A DNA stretch of 63,350 nucleotides, the filler included, from Lenisia limosa (Eukaryota > Protista > Breviatea), in NCBI GenBank assembly GCA_001655205.1. It is 21 parts of 21 records of this genome, joined end to end, with 100 filler letters (N's around TTAATTAATTAA, not from the genome) between each part and the next. Parts side by side here need not be neighbours in the genome. Positions count along the whole stretch, not along the records: positions 1 to 9,374 come from LPNZ01008827.1; positions 9,475 to 15,429 come from LPNZ01006667.1; 19 more parts are not named here. One strand, written 5' to 3'. Positions 1 to 12,430 of the stretch are shown here, piece by piece (positions within the stretch are counted from its first letter, which is position 1; the number at the start of each line of letters is the position of its first letter). The notes under the pieces are model-generated. The model was not told the origin of the DNA, ran no database searches, and saw only the letters and a program-made list of their open reading frames with translations. The position numbers and the translations under genes are program-made.

Positions 1-341
1 GCTTCTGCAGCAACGCATCCCATCACTCCAGCTTCTGCAGCAACGCATCCCATCACTCCAAACAACTTTTCGATGAAGAATGGTAAAATAGTATGAAGGA
101 GAGGGTGTAAAATACTGTTTTGATTTGAGAATAAAAAAAAAGAAGGAAACAAACCCTGAGATCACTAAACCTAACAGTTGCCACTGAATGGGAGGGGGGG
201 GGGGGGNNNNNNNNNNNNNNNNNNNNNNNNNNNNNNNNNNNNNNNNNNNNNNNNNNNNNNNNNNNNNNNNNNNNNNNNNNNNNNNNNNNNNNNNNNNNNN
301 NNNNTTTTTGAAAAAAAAACAAGACAAAAACAAGACTTAAA

Positions 342-373
<32 letters not shown>

Positions 374-420
374 TTAGGGAGAGAGACACACAGACAGATA
401 CACACAGACACAGACACACA
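342..420. repeat. (CA)n/(GA)n microsatellite
   Basis: Direct reading. A similar (GT)n tract lies at ~55938-55990. Confidence 0.9.
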
Positions 421-469
421 CATCTACAGAGGGGGTGGGTACACACTGCGGAGGGGAGGAAATGAACAT

Positions 470-3400
470 AGTGCGATGATGAAGACTAAAGCTCAAATTT
501 CCATTACGAAACGAATCATCTGAAACTCTAAAGCAAAACAACCAAAAAGCAAACGAATTTGAATATGAACCAACATAGATATTACTCACCTAATACACAT
601 ATTCAACATATACTTTCGTAGCAATGAGAAATTCAAAATAAGGTTGTTTCTGGCGTCCACACCGTCACGCTTATAAGAGTTATTGAATTATAGTATGATA
701 TTAAATCACCAACTCTGTACACAACTTTCTGCGTGTCTCCCCAGCATACATATTCAACATTGATGTTGTTCATGACAACGCTCAGACCAGCATCACCCGG
801 CGCTTCGTAGAGTAATCCGAAGATAAGGCCCTGGGGTGGTAAAAACGATAGTATGATAAAAATAACTATATTCCAGATATAGTATATCATATATATTATC
901 ATACACACAAATCATAATTAAGGTGGTTCAGTCCATTTTTGATTATGGAAAAAAATAACAGTGAGGTGAGTAACTAAAATGAGCCTTCGGTATAATTCCG
1001 CAGGGTAGTTTTTCGTATAAAACAGCCCTGACATGACAGTATTTCAACAAAAAATTACCCTGTGGAATTATCCCGAAGGGTCTTTTTATTTACCACAGTT
1101 GAATTACTATCTTTCTAAATAAAAAAAGTACTTATCCACCTTAAAATACTACACAGTGTGATGCAGTATAATACCATTATATCATAGTATGACAAGGATG
1201 ATTGTGCATCCCGGTCTCAGTTTATTCGATTATCCCCCAGTCTCCATTAATTCAACAATCCACCTCCTTCCCACTCTCTCAGTTGATTCAATTACTCCAC
1301 CGGATAAGATGACATTCTCCATGACCACACTGTATGTCGAAGTGGCATAGCTGGCGAGGGGAGGGGAGTAAAATTGGAAAACGAAAAATCCAATGGTGAC
1401 TGAGATTGTTAAGGGTATTCAAGTCTGGAGAAGCAGAAGAGCTCTTTTGGTATGCATGAGCTGCTTGTACTACTACCTAGCACGTGTGGTACAGTTACGA
1501 GTACTCGTTTTTTTATTTGTTTTTTATTATTATTATATTTCTACATTGCTCAATATGATAAATCCACAATCATATCCAAAATCAACTCTGTTGGCTAACA
1601 CACGAGGGTTGATAACAACAAAACANNNNNNNNNNNNNNNNNNNNNNNNNNNNNNNNNNNNNNNNNNNNNNNNNNNNNNNNNNNNNNNNNNNNNNNNNNN
1701 NNNNNNNNNNNNNNNNNNACGCGTGAGTTGAAACACAAAAAATACACGTGTATGCATATAGCTATACATGTATGTACATAATATATCACATGTACGTAGA
1801 TAGTATGTATAATATAGTATGGCTATAATAAATACAACTGTTTCATATCATATATCGTATAGTACGCTGCTGGTGCACGCAGAAAGCTGTGTGCACAGAG
1901 TTGTAAGACAAATGATTGGGTGAATTAGTATAATCCTATAATCCAATATCTCTTATCAGCGTGATGGTGTGGACAGCTTCGGCCAGATACAACCTTATCT
2001 TTTATTTCTCATTGCTATATTATAGTATACCATTCACCCAATCAATTATCATAAATATTTGATTACCAAACCGAAACCCACTGCGGAAGGGGGGGGGGGG
2101 TCAAAATTGGCNNNNNNNNNNNNNNNNNNNNNNNNNNNNNNNNNNNNNNNNNNNNNNNNNNNNNNNNNNNNNNNNNNNNNNNNNNNNNNNNNNNNNNNNN
2201 NNNNNNNNNNNNNNNNNNNNNNNNNAAGTTCGAAGATGACTATCGTGCTACTAATCAGGAACAGAACAAGCTCCCAGAATCCAGAGGCTTTAACAACGTC
2301 ATTTACTCGGAAATTTGCAAGGACACACACCACGATTCGGGATAGAAGGGTTTACAAGGAATGTGCCACTCACCTTGATGGAGAGTCTCTAATCATCGCC
2401 ACCAGGCCAGCTGCCCTTGCTGTGTAGTCCATAATGCGGAACGTGGGCGACGTAATGCTGACGTCTTTCACTGTGATCCACTGGGGGAAAAGTGAAGAAC
2501 GTTGCAATGAAAATGACAACACACAAATGATGAAAATGACACACAAATGATGAAAATGACGATCTTCCGGCTATACTGCAAAAAATTATGGAAAAACAAG
2601 CCATGAAAGTTTATGTTGATAGAGATTGCCACGAAAAACAAGCCATGAAGGTTTATGTTGATGATATCCCTTAGTATTCTTATTTTATCCCGTGCCTTTA
2701 AATATATTTGTTTCAATCCGTCTCAAACAGCAAACCTGGACAAGATTAGCGCCACTGGCAGTAGCGTCAAAAAGAGCACAAATGCCCTTGTGACAGGTCA
2801 CTGGTAGGTCAGGACAATGTTGGCTGGTGAATATATAAAGGGAAAGGGTATATGATTTGAAACGAAATCCACAGGGCTTCAATTTCTCGATAAATCCTCA
2901 AAAACTATCGATATTATGGCGTTCTTTTTCGAACCGAAGTGAAGCCCTGTACTACATGATATGAAACAAAATCCATAATCGGTTTGAAAACAACAAAAAT
3001 TGCTCTCTGGGAGGAGTTGGGGGGGTGGGGGTGGGGTAAAACTGGACATTTTATGAAACAAAAAAAGCCAAATTCTGTTGGTTGACAATATATGTTTTTC
3101 CCATCGTGCCAAGACATTTCAGTATTAAAGTCAGATACAATACTATATATCGATATAGCGAAGAGAAATAAAAACAAGGTTATTTTTTTTATATTATTAA
3201 TGATTAGTTTACCTCAAACTCACCAAAAAATAATCATATCCCTATGTATTTATTTGTTACCCTTGATTTCTAATGAATATTATTTCTCTTGTTTCAAATG
3301 TAGCCTATCCCCCCACGATCCGGACTGGCAAATGTAACATCCGAAATGGAGAGGGCTTTAGCAGCTTTAAAGATTCCAGTTTCACCATTTGCTCCTAAAA

Positions 3401-6400
3401 TCAGTGAAATGTGTAGAGATTGTTTTTTCTTCAATCCACAACATTTCCACCTCTTCCCTCTATACACCACACCCCACGGTACCTCCAGGAGTGGCAGTGA
3501 TTCCCGAGATCGTGTGTCCATTACCAATTAAATGAACAGCGTGACCAAAGGAAATTGCCGTCTAAATGTGTGGAGATGAGAAAGAATAATAGTTAGTTTC
3601 CGGCCGAAGTCGTCCGTATGACTTTAATATGTTGAGAGGAGAAATAAAGCAAGGTTGTATTAGACCAACATGGCTCACACCATGACGCTAAAAAGAGATA
3701 TTGGATGATAGTATCTGGCCGAAGCCGTCNNNNNNNNNNNNNNNNNNNNNNNNNNNNNNNNNNNNNNNNNNNNNNNNNNNNNNNNNNNNNNNNNNNNNNN
3801 NNNNNNNNNNNNNNNNNNNNNNNNNNNNNNNNNNNNNNNNNNCGAGAGATTCATTTAATATAATATTTCTTACTCCCAAAACAATGTGGCTAAAAATCAA
3901 GTTCAGCTATTTGAGAAACCCAATTCGACAGCTCACATCAAGGTTGACTCCGGTACATGAAATGTCATTTTGGAGAGAGAGTAGACTGGGATCTGTGCAG
4001 GTGAACATTAGGTAAATGGACACTATGGCGCATTGACTTGGGATTCTTATGACAAAAGGTGGGATTCAATTTATTTACATGGGATTCCCCCCGGAATTTT
4101 ATGGTTTTACAAATACTGCGAGGGATCCCAGGCCGATGCGCAGTAGTGGAGGAAGAATGAAGGGGAGAAAAACAATACACATCATAGTCTAATTACTCCA
4201 AAAAGTAAATCAATTCGATGAGCAAATTAGCTTTTCAGAAACCCAATGAGCCACTTCCAATAAAGACATCCAGTTTTATTCAATATCTAGGGACTCTGCA
4301 AATACAAATGATAAATTACATACTGAGACGAGAACTTCCTTTCAAATACATATCATATAGTACTACATGAAGGAAAACATCCCTTTAAACATGTAAAGAT
4401 AAGCTATTTGGAGTCCTCACTACGGCGCATCGACTTGGGATTCCCAGATAGTACTTGGGAATTCCAAAAAATTCTTCAAATTTCCATAAAACTCCATTGG
4501 ATTCTCATGTAAAATATGAGAAATCTGGTTTTCAGTGCTACAACCAACCAACCAGTCAAAGATAATGAAAGAAAATTACTGCAGCTTGAGATGGGGACAA
4601 CATTGAGTATTCCTAAAGCCGGTAAACAAAACACGGTGGACAAAGGAGTATCAAAAAAGAAAAGATAATAGGAAACAGTCCAACAAAAAGAAGTTGCGAC
4701 AAAAACCCAATACGTACAATACATCTTGGTAATAACAAATAACCTGTTGCCCNNNNNNNNNNNNNNNNNNNNNNNNNNNNNNNNNNNNNNNNNNNNNNNN
4801 NNNNNNNNNNNNNNNNNNNNNNNNNNNNNNNNNNNNNNNNNTGGCATAAAAAAGGTCGAAGAAATATGAATGCATCATTCAAATGTGCTCAACACCTCTT
4901 TTAGGGTGAAATCCCTCTTTAGAGGCGAAACAACCCGTACCATTCACCTCCCCCCACCATAGCTGGGGGCATAACCGAACACGCTATTCGGCCAAAAGTC
5001 TTGGGGGTAAAAGTATCCTTCTGCAGCGCCACAAGAACAGCTGAGTGGTTAGTTTTCGAATCAACACTCATTATATCATCATTATATGAATATCCGATAT
5101 GTAATTATATTCAGTGACCGGGATGAGTCTTGACCGACTTGCTAGATGATCAAAGAAAAATCGGTCAAGACTTATCCCGAACTCTGTATATTTGCCAATA
5201 TAATTGTATAATTTTAAAACAACTCCCACGTCCATTGAAAACAGAAGAAAGCACTCCCCCCCCCCCCACTGTTCGTGCCAAGTCTTCTCATTACAAGCAG
5301 AGCATTTGGGATGTGTGGACGTAGCAGCAGCTGAGAAGAGTGAAATGTGGTAACAAAACATGGTTTCCTCATGGACAGAAAAAGACACATTGCGATGGGG
5401 TGAGACATAGTTAGTCCGAAAAGACCGTTTAAATACAGGGTTTCAAAGAGGAAAGTTATCTCAGCTATCCAAATTACACAATTCTGTTTTGTGAGTCATG
5501 TTGAACGTGATTCAAGATACGTTTGCATTTATTCTGTTCTCAATGTGATTCAAGATTCGTTTGCATTTTATTTCTTTCTATGTGATTCAAGATACGTTTG
5601 CATTTTATTTCTTTCTCAAGATACGTTTGCATTTTATTCCTTTCTCAATGATTTAGGAGTCATAATCACCAAAATCAAAGTAAATCGCTTCAAGTAAGGC
5701 CTATTCTTCGATAATTAAACTGCTATCCTTGACAACTTTGCCATTAAAAATACAGCTTTAACCCTCTCACATTTACACCCATAAATGCCAGGGTAACCCC
5801 AGCCCGCAATAGTGAGTTGTTGGTCGTCCTTGTAGCCGACTGCACAGGTGATGTTGCAGTTGTCCCCGGCCCGGCCTGTCTGCGGGTGGTTAGAAGGGGA
5901 GGGGGATGGAATATTTAGGAGAAGAAAAAACAAACCTCAACTAAAAAACGCACATAGTATAATAATAGCCTCACACACTCTTTATCTCACTCACCCGACC
6001 CCCAAACAGCTATAAACGGTTTTCAATTGTACAAATTGCATAACACCCTCCTATCCCTGCTGACTCCAACTTCGAAAGAATCGCAGAAGGCAGTAATAGG
6101 GGTTTTTTCAGGCTCAATCACCGGCAGAAGTTCGTCTAGAGTATGAAACAAAGCCCAAAATCAACTCTGTCGGCTGACAACAGCCGATGGTTGAAAGCAA
6201 CAAAACAANNNNNNNNNNNNNNNNNNNNNNNNNNNNNNNNNNNNNNNNNNNNNNNNNNNNNNNNNNNNNNNNNNNNNNNNNNNNNNNNNNNNNNNNNNNN
6301 NNNNNNNNNNNNNNNNNNNNNNNNNNNNNNNNNNNNNNNNNNNNNNNTCAAACTTAAATGAAACTCCCTCAAGATCAAAATCCCATCCAGAATTTGTCAC

Positions 6401-7400
6401 AAACTCTGTTTTAAAACCGAATGACACACTGCTAAAACACCTCCCACTGCCACAGGCGAGGTCATCAAGCCACTCCGGTACGACACCATCATCGGAACAG
6501 AATCCAGCATAATGATTCGGCTCCATGGAGGTACCCGGGCATGAGTAATGACACATGGTTCCTGTGGTGCTGTATAGAGTTGTGGGCTGGGGGAGTAAAT
6601 TGGACAATTTATGAAACAAAAAGAGCCCAAATCAACTCTGCTGGCTGATAACACACAATGGTTGACAACAATAAAACAAACAAGGGTAAAAAGAATATAT
6701 GTAGGATATACTGTGGATATGATATGATATAAAAGCGAAGCTGTTCATACCACCACGTTTATAAGATATTGGTTTACTAAGACATGTAATTAGGGCTTCA
6801 TTTCGTTTCGAAAAAGACCAAGTAGGATTTATCGAGGAATTTAGTCTTTATTCGAACCGAAATGAAGCCCTATTTATAATATTTAATCCAAGTAGAGAAG
6901 CCAGTTGATTCAATCTTTTGTAGATGTTTATGTAATCTTAACATGCTATTAAATACTCATTTACAGTCCCCCCCCCACGAAGCATTCTACGAATAAATTA
7001 GGCTTGGTAACTGACTCACACAGGGTGACAGCAAACGCGCCTGTAGGGGGGTAAAAGCCCAAAATCAACTCTGTTGGCTCAGATATGGCAGACAACTCAA
7101 AATGATATATCTTTTGGAAATACTAACATGAATCCGTTTAAATCTCTAAATCCTTTTGACTTATTTACATATTATTTCATCACTCCACCGTCTCTAAGAG
7201 TTGCTTATAGCATAATCTGATAGATATGTAAAAGCTCCAGCTGACAACTCTCCAATCCATGGTTGTTTGTAGGAATAGTGATCGTATATCTGTAGGATTT
7301 TTCTTACCAGTTATTAAGGAGGAATATACGACGGTAGCCGCCCATAGAAGAGACAGGGTTCTCATCCCCGACATTGCCGATAACTTTTTGACTGAAAAGA
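470..7400 (-). CDS. Multi-exon putative surface protein: Cys-rich EGF/furin-like N-region plus GLUG-like beta-helix region (ends uncertain)
   Basis: AG/GT-bounded minus-strand exons: CHYSCPGTSMEPNHYAGFCSDDG (~6350-6570), GDNCNITCAVGY...GCKCER (~5760-5880), HPKCSACNEKTW (~5270-5335), DPSLLSLQNDISCTGVNLD (3937-3992), HLIGNGHTISGITATPG (~3483-3540), GETGIFKAAKALSISDVTF (~3315-3390), GICALFDATASGANLVQ (~2740-2825), WITVKDVSIT...AAGLVAMI (~2375-2480), YSVVMENVILSGG (~1280-1350), GLIFGLLY...VVMNNINVEY (~750-830). The L.NDI and GNGHTISG motifs resemble bacterial GLUG/beta-helix surface proteins (my recognition, not a search). Confidence 0.6.
984..1079. repeat. Foldback/MITE-like element with ~30-bp inverted arms
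   Basis: CCTTCGGTATAATTCCGCAGGGTAGTTTTT versus AAAAAATTACCCTGTGGAATTATCCCGAAGG. Confidence 0.65.
1866..2025 (+). repeat. Dispersed intronic repeat family A (representative copy)
   Basis: CTGG..GCACGCAGAAAGCTGTG..CAGAGTTGTAAG.CAAATGATTGGG...ATCCAATATCTCTTATCAGCGTGATGGTGTGGACGGCTTCGGCCAGATACAACCTTATTTTTATTTCTCATTGC. Copies at about 610, 3640, 6735, 9988, 18980, 21030, 29695, 32235, 34485, 35953, 37430, 41095, 56459, 57965 and 58170. Confidence 0.9.
5505..5650. repeat. Degenerate ~30-40-bp tandem repeat
   Basis: TCAAGATACGTTTGCATTT(T)ATT recurs four times. Confidence 0.85.
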
Positions 7401-7631
7401 CAATCTAAAAAGCACTAACAAAACTCAAGAGAGTACAAGAGCTTAGTTAGATTTAAAAAGGCCTTTCAAACACATATTTTGGCTTAAGTAGAGTCTTAAA
7501 TCGTAATCCAGTCAAAATGAGCTAGAAAGCAAACTTGTGAAATTTGGAAAAACAGCAGCAGGCAGACAGCAGGTAATAAGCTGGTGTAATAAGTTTAAGG
7601 TAATATATTATTGTAGGTAACAGTAAAGAAG

Positions 7632-8949
7632 ATGCCGCTCAGAGACCATCGTCCGACCCCGTTGGTTTTGAAACTCGAAAAAGCCGCTGCCATCGCTCTC
7701 TTAGTCCTCGGTTGCTATGCCATCTTTTGGTTCTGCTTTTCATACATCACTAAAGAGCAGTGGGACGACCTTATCATTCGTAGGTCGCGTACATCTGCCT
7801 TTCCTTTTTCTGTTTCCTTCATAATAACTGCTCCTTCATGTCATTGCGAGTACAACATGTGAATTATGAGGAGGATATTGAATTTTTATTGAACAGACAC
7901 GCAATCTACCACGTTCCCCTTCCTTCTTTTGTTGACTCTTCCAGGCCCAAAGAAGATCCTGATTGTTGGAGGTGGACTGGCTGGTCTTTCGGCTGCAGTT
8001 GAAGCGTGGGATTTGGGGCGTGGCAGTGTTTTGTATTCATATAACTTATGAAGCACTGTTTTGATTTTGCTATATGATAGGTTCTGTTGTTGTTTTTACA
8101 TTTGATATAGCCTGTCTGGTAATTATGTTTGTGGTATCCTTTTTATTTGATTATACCACCATTTTATTTAATTATCTTGCTCTCAAACAACTCTCCTGTT
8201 TCTTGTGACCCGGGTTGACCTGTTTCAGCAACAAGAAGCACGCACGAATCACCATCGTTGAAAAGGAGCCAAAGTAAGCAACGCATTTCTTGTTTCATTA
8301 TACTGTGGCATAATATGTCAAGCATTTCTTGTTTCATTATACTGTGGCATAATATGTCCTTGGCCTACGTTAAGTGGTTGTCGTAGTTGTCGGGACTATG
8401 ATGTCATCTTTTTCACTGTTTTTGCCGAGTTTCACAGGCACCCTTGCAAAAAAGGATACCCAAATATATGTGCGATATTGATTAGGAGACCACATTCAAA
8501 CGATATATTTTTTTAATCTTTTGGGCTAAATATAAACCAAAATTTGGCTCTAAGATGCTGATTAGAATGATACAAGCAAATTCTTCTTTTAGCACGCTAC
8601 ATTTGTGTTTTTTATGTGTCCTTCCTTTTTTGATAAATATTTTATCAGTCTTTCTAATATAAGCACACATGTTAGTACATAGGGATCCCAAAAACAAGAG
8701 TTCCATCCACTCCGCGTCTCACACCACCTAGGTTTGGAGGAAATAGCGCCAAAGCTTCCAGCGGTAAGCTTGGGTGTTGGGCTTCACTTTGGTCCGAAGA
8801 AGGGCTGGATTGTCCTCAATAAATCCTCAAAAAAAACTCCTCGATAAGTGCACCTTTTGTAACATGCTTCAAGGTATCAACGCCCTCAACACCTTTGTCA
8901 AGATGGACGACCACGACTCATTTGAACTCTTCTACAACGACACCATTAA
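7632..8949 (+). CDS. FAD-dependent fumarate reductase, flavocytochrome c / Osm1-Frd1 type, with N-terminal hydrophobic anchor; 3' truncated
   Basis: Exons 7632-7779, 7945-8005, 8229-8273, 8732-8763 and 8874-8949 splice in frame to ...KKILIVGGGLAGLSAAVEANKKHARITIVEKEPKFGGNSAKASSGINA...: a GxGxxG dinucleotide fold plus the GGNSAKASSGIN family signature. Confidence 0.9.
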
Positions 8950-9374
8950 GTGGGTGGTCCGATGTGCATGTGCCATGGAGCCTCACTTCCGGGCACAAAG
9001 AAAGATGACTATTTTATTGTGAAATAAGGGGAGGGGGGTTGTTTGGTGAAAAGTGGGAGGGAGAAATATTGGAATTTGTGTAAACGATAAATGCAGTGAA
9101 GCAGCAACTGTTTAAAGGAGTATGAACTATTAGAGCCACTTACTAAAAACGTATGAAATATCGAGGAGAAATAAAGTGAGTGTAATTCTTAACCGATTTT
9201 CCTTGGGAAATCACATAACAAATAGGTCAGGACTTATCCCAGCCTTCCATGGTGATGGAAGATAGTCTTTTTGTATAAGAATCCACTCATCAAAAGACCG
9301 GCCTAGCCATATAACCATATATCCCCCCCTCAGGTACGGCGACGACTTTGTTTGTTTTGTTGTTATCAACCCTC

Positions 9375-9474
9375 NNNNNNNNNNNNNNNNNNNNNNNNNN
9401 NNNNNNNNNNNNNNNNNNTTAATTAATTAANNNNNNNNNNNNNNNNNNNNNNNNNNNNNNNNNNNNNNNNNNNN
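9375..9474. other. Artificial contig-joining spacer N44-TTAATTAATTAA-N44 (first of 20)
   Basis: The same 12-mer (stops in all six frames) between N runs starts at 9419, 15474, 17218, 21382, 23678, 26301, 27588, 29497, 32344, 33835, 35897, 37845, 45756, 47160, 50201, 52050, 55305, 56821, 59043 and 61795. Confidence 0.98.
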
Positions 9475-9493
9475 CCTTCCCCCCCCCCCCCAG

Positions 9494-10718
9494 GCCGGAG
9501 CCAGCCTACACGGTACACCGTACTTCATGGCGCCGGAAATGATATCCCAGGCCGGGCATTCTAGGTAGGGTGTGGTGGAGGGGGGATATGGATCCGTTAA
9601 GGTTTTCCTTTCCACTGCCAGCATTTTTTCATCAAAGCTTAGCCTTGCAAGTTCCTAAACCTAGTAGTACCAAACATTATATGAAAAGCATCTAATAATA
9701 TTCTCTGGCATTGACACTGATATGAAAAGCATCTAATAATATTCTCTCGCATTGACACTGATGCTATTTTAAAAATGACTTATTAATTGCAGATACGCGG
9801 ATATTTGGTCAGTGGGGTGTACCATCATTGAAATGCTCACTGGGAAACCGCCGCTCCATCAGTTTCCGCCTATCACTGCTATGTTTAAGGTTTGCATGTA
9901 GAGCATCTACGCTAAAGGTCAATTATTTTGATATGGTGTTCTGTATCTTCAAATTACTCTAATGGTGCGATAATTGCTTTGATTATGACTGCTGGGGAGG
10001 CATGCAGAAAGCTGTAAGGCAATTAAAATTTTACTATTATCCAATGTCTCTTATCATCGTGATGGTGTGGACGGCTTCGACCAGATACAACCTTATTTAT
10101 AGTTTCTCATTGCTGTATTATATGTATATATTTGTGCCCCAAAATTAAAACACACGCTTTAACAAGCCAGATTGCCGGAGGTGATATCTCGGAGTTTATC
10201 CCCCAAGGTATTTCGGATGTCGCCTCTGCCTTCATTAAACAGTGCCTGAGAAAGTGGGGAGGGGGTATTAGGCATTCCACAACTGACCATGAACATATCA
10301 ACCAAAATATAAACCCTCACTCTACCTTATCGTTTTTTGTTTTTCTGTCACATTGCTACACTTATCATGAACCTACCTTCAGAAACCCACGTGACCGTCC
10401 AACCGCGTCGCAGCTTTTGGAGCACGCTTTCATTACCGGGTAGGGACGGGGTTCTCTTGAGGCTTTATCGTTATATTACAATGTATGAGACGGTCATACC
10501 CCCAGGAATCCCCTTTCCGATCTCGATCATAAGCTGCTGAACTTCAATCTTGACGGTCCTCCTGTCCCTATCCCTGAAGCAAAAGAGTACCCTGCAAGGT
10601 GGGGGCATTTTGGTTACCACAGCTTTCTTTTATTGTAGTATCTCATTGGAATCAATATGACTTGTTATGCTTACCTTTCAGGTCACTCGACCGATCCTTA
10701 TCATATGGTCTGTCTTAG
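9494..10718 (+). CDS. STE11/MAP3K-like Ser/Thr kinase, 3' part
   Basis: Exons 9494-9564 (GTPYFMAPE), 9793-9889 ([18 protein letters not shown]), 10171-10253, 10383-10439 ([12 protein letters not shown]), ~10507-10599 and ~10682-10718 (TAG). Confidence 0.9.
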
Positions 10719-12430
10719 AGCAATGAAGCTGAGATGGCTGTACGAAGCAAAGTTTGTTATTAATTATTATGTTTCCTAATGTTGTGTGTTCTTCCTTGGT
10801 CTGTAGTCTATTATTGGGTTTAATTTGTATGTTTTCAATCCTGGTTTTATATAGTTGTGCTATAATATTCTATTGTTCTATTTCTTAAATTCGGCTAAGT
10901 ACAACACCTGTTAATCATTGCCTTTGATGATTCGAATAATTAAGTCGAATGATTAAGAGCGAAACTTTTTATTAGTTTGATGTGTGGGATCCTCTCAGGG
11001 GATTTGTTGGTTGATCTCTCCAAGATCTCTCCTTCCGGTTTTTGTTATTGCCAACACTTAAATATGGAAGGTTTTGATAGGAATTGTTTATTGAAGTTCA
11101 TTTAAGTCTAAATGATGCAGAGAAGACATAAACGATGTATATAGGCATAATATCAAGGAAACTTCACACTTTCTCTCCTCTTTCCTCACCGTCTCGATTG
11201 ATTTGGATATTACTATGGTTAATAAAACCAGCAGAGTAGATAAGCATTATAGCGGATATCTCTCTTTTCCATATTTTTGAAAGAGATGTCATAAAAACAT
11301 TTTGACTAAAGTATATTCCATTTGTGTTTAAGTTTCATAATGGTTAGATGATTTTAAACATGATACTAAAAACCGGTCAGGGAAATATGAGAGAAAAGTG
11401 CTTAACTCATCAATTTAATAATCAAGCAGTTATTGTCCCAGGCGAGCACTCAACAACCATTACCAGAAAACTTTTATTGGAAAAAACACGTTTTTCTCCG
11501 TGTTCATAAAGAGAAACAAGCAGACTCGACAAGGACAATACTACAACTGCAAAAGTGTGGCCAAACAACAAACAAATTTTGAATATTATTATCTGATTGT
11601 TATAAATTGATAACACAACAAAATAACAAAATAACGTTTCCCTGGACGCCGGCGGGTATATTCTCGGAAAATTAGTCCCTTCCTTATATATCTCATTTCA
11701 TGAGACCCGGGGCGCCCCGGGAAAATAACGTTGTCAAAAAAAGTTTTTATTTAAAAGATCATGGGGATGAGAATGAGGTGGAGTTATCCCCCTTTGATTT
11801 CTCTTTTTCGTATAACAATATAACAATAAATAATGGGAATGGGGCGACGAGTGCAGAAAGCCACAGTGGAAGAGGAGGTGCAGCAACATCAACATGGTAG
11901 TGACAGCCCGATGAAACGACACAAAGGTGGGGGTCCAGTCACCAGATTAGCATAAGGGGGGTTTTAATCGCTAATCGTTAAACATTAGCAAGGGGAACTG
12001 GCATTGTGGAGGTGGGGGGGGGCTATGGTTGACACTCTTTAATATTTGCTGGGGTATGTGTTCACTATTGTCTGGAAGGGGTGTGTGTACATTGGATGGT
12101 TGTGAAGGATTTGGAAGTATGTGTGCATGCATGTGTGTTGTGGGGTGTCTTTGTGGGTAAGTGTGTGCTAGTGTGGGTTTATGTAGGTTATGGCGAGTAT
12201 TTGTTTTGTTNNNNNNNNNNNNNNNNNNNNNNNNNNNNNNNNNNNNNNNNNNNNNNNNNNNNNNNNNNNNNNNNNNNNNNNNNNNNNNNNNNNNNNNNNN
12301 NNNNNNNNNNNNNNNNNNNNNNNNNNNNNNNNNNNNNNNNNNNNNNNNNNNNNNNNNNNNNNNNNNNNNNNNNNNNNNNNNNNNNNNNNNNNNNNNNNNN
12401 NNNNNNNNNNNNNNNNNNNNNNNNNNNNNN

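Noticed and set aside
1-60. Perfect 30-bp tandem duplication at the window start
   Set aside because: A fragment of family B at a sequence edge; not independently informative.
7180-7374. MSGMRTLSLLWAATVV as the signal peptide of the surface protein; TAG read as Gln
   Set aside because: Another frame with a good acceptor is equally open, so the start is unresolved. UTP10, GGH and TRAPPC4 end at TAG at their expected positions, which argues against a reassigned code.
8283-9762. Two-copy ~40-bp tandem duplications in introns (8283-8358, 9679-9762; also 2594-2662 and 49265-49560)
   Set aside because: Ordinary local slippage duplications with no further structure.
11280-11620. Possible degenerate coding remnant
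   Set aside because: Multiple stops, no motif and no clear splice signals.
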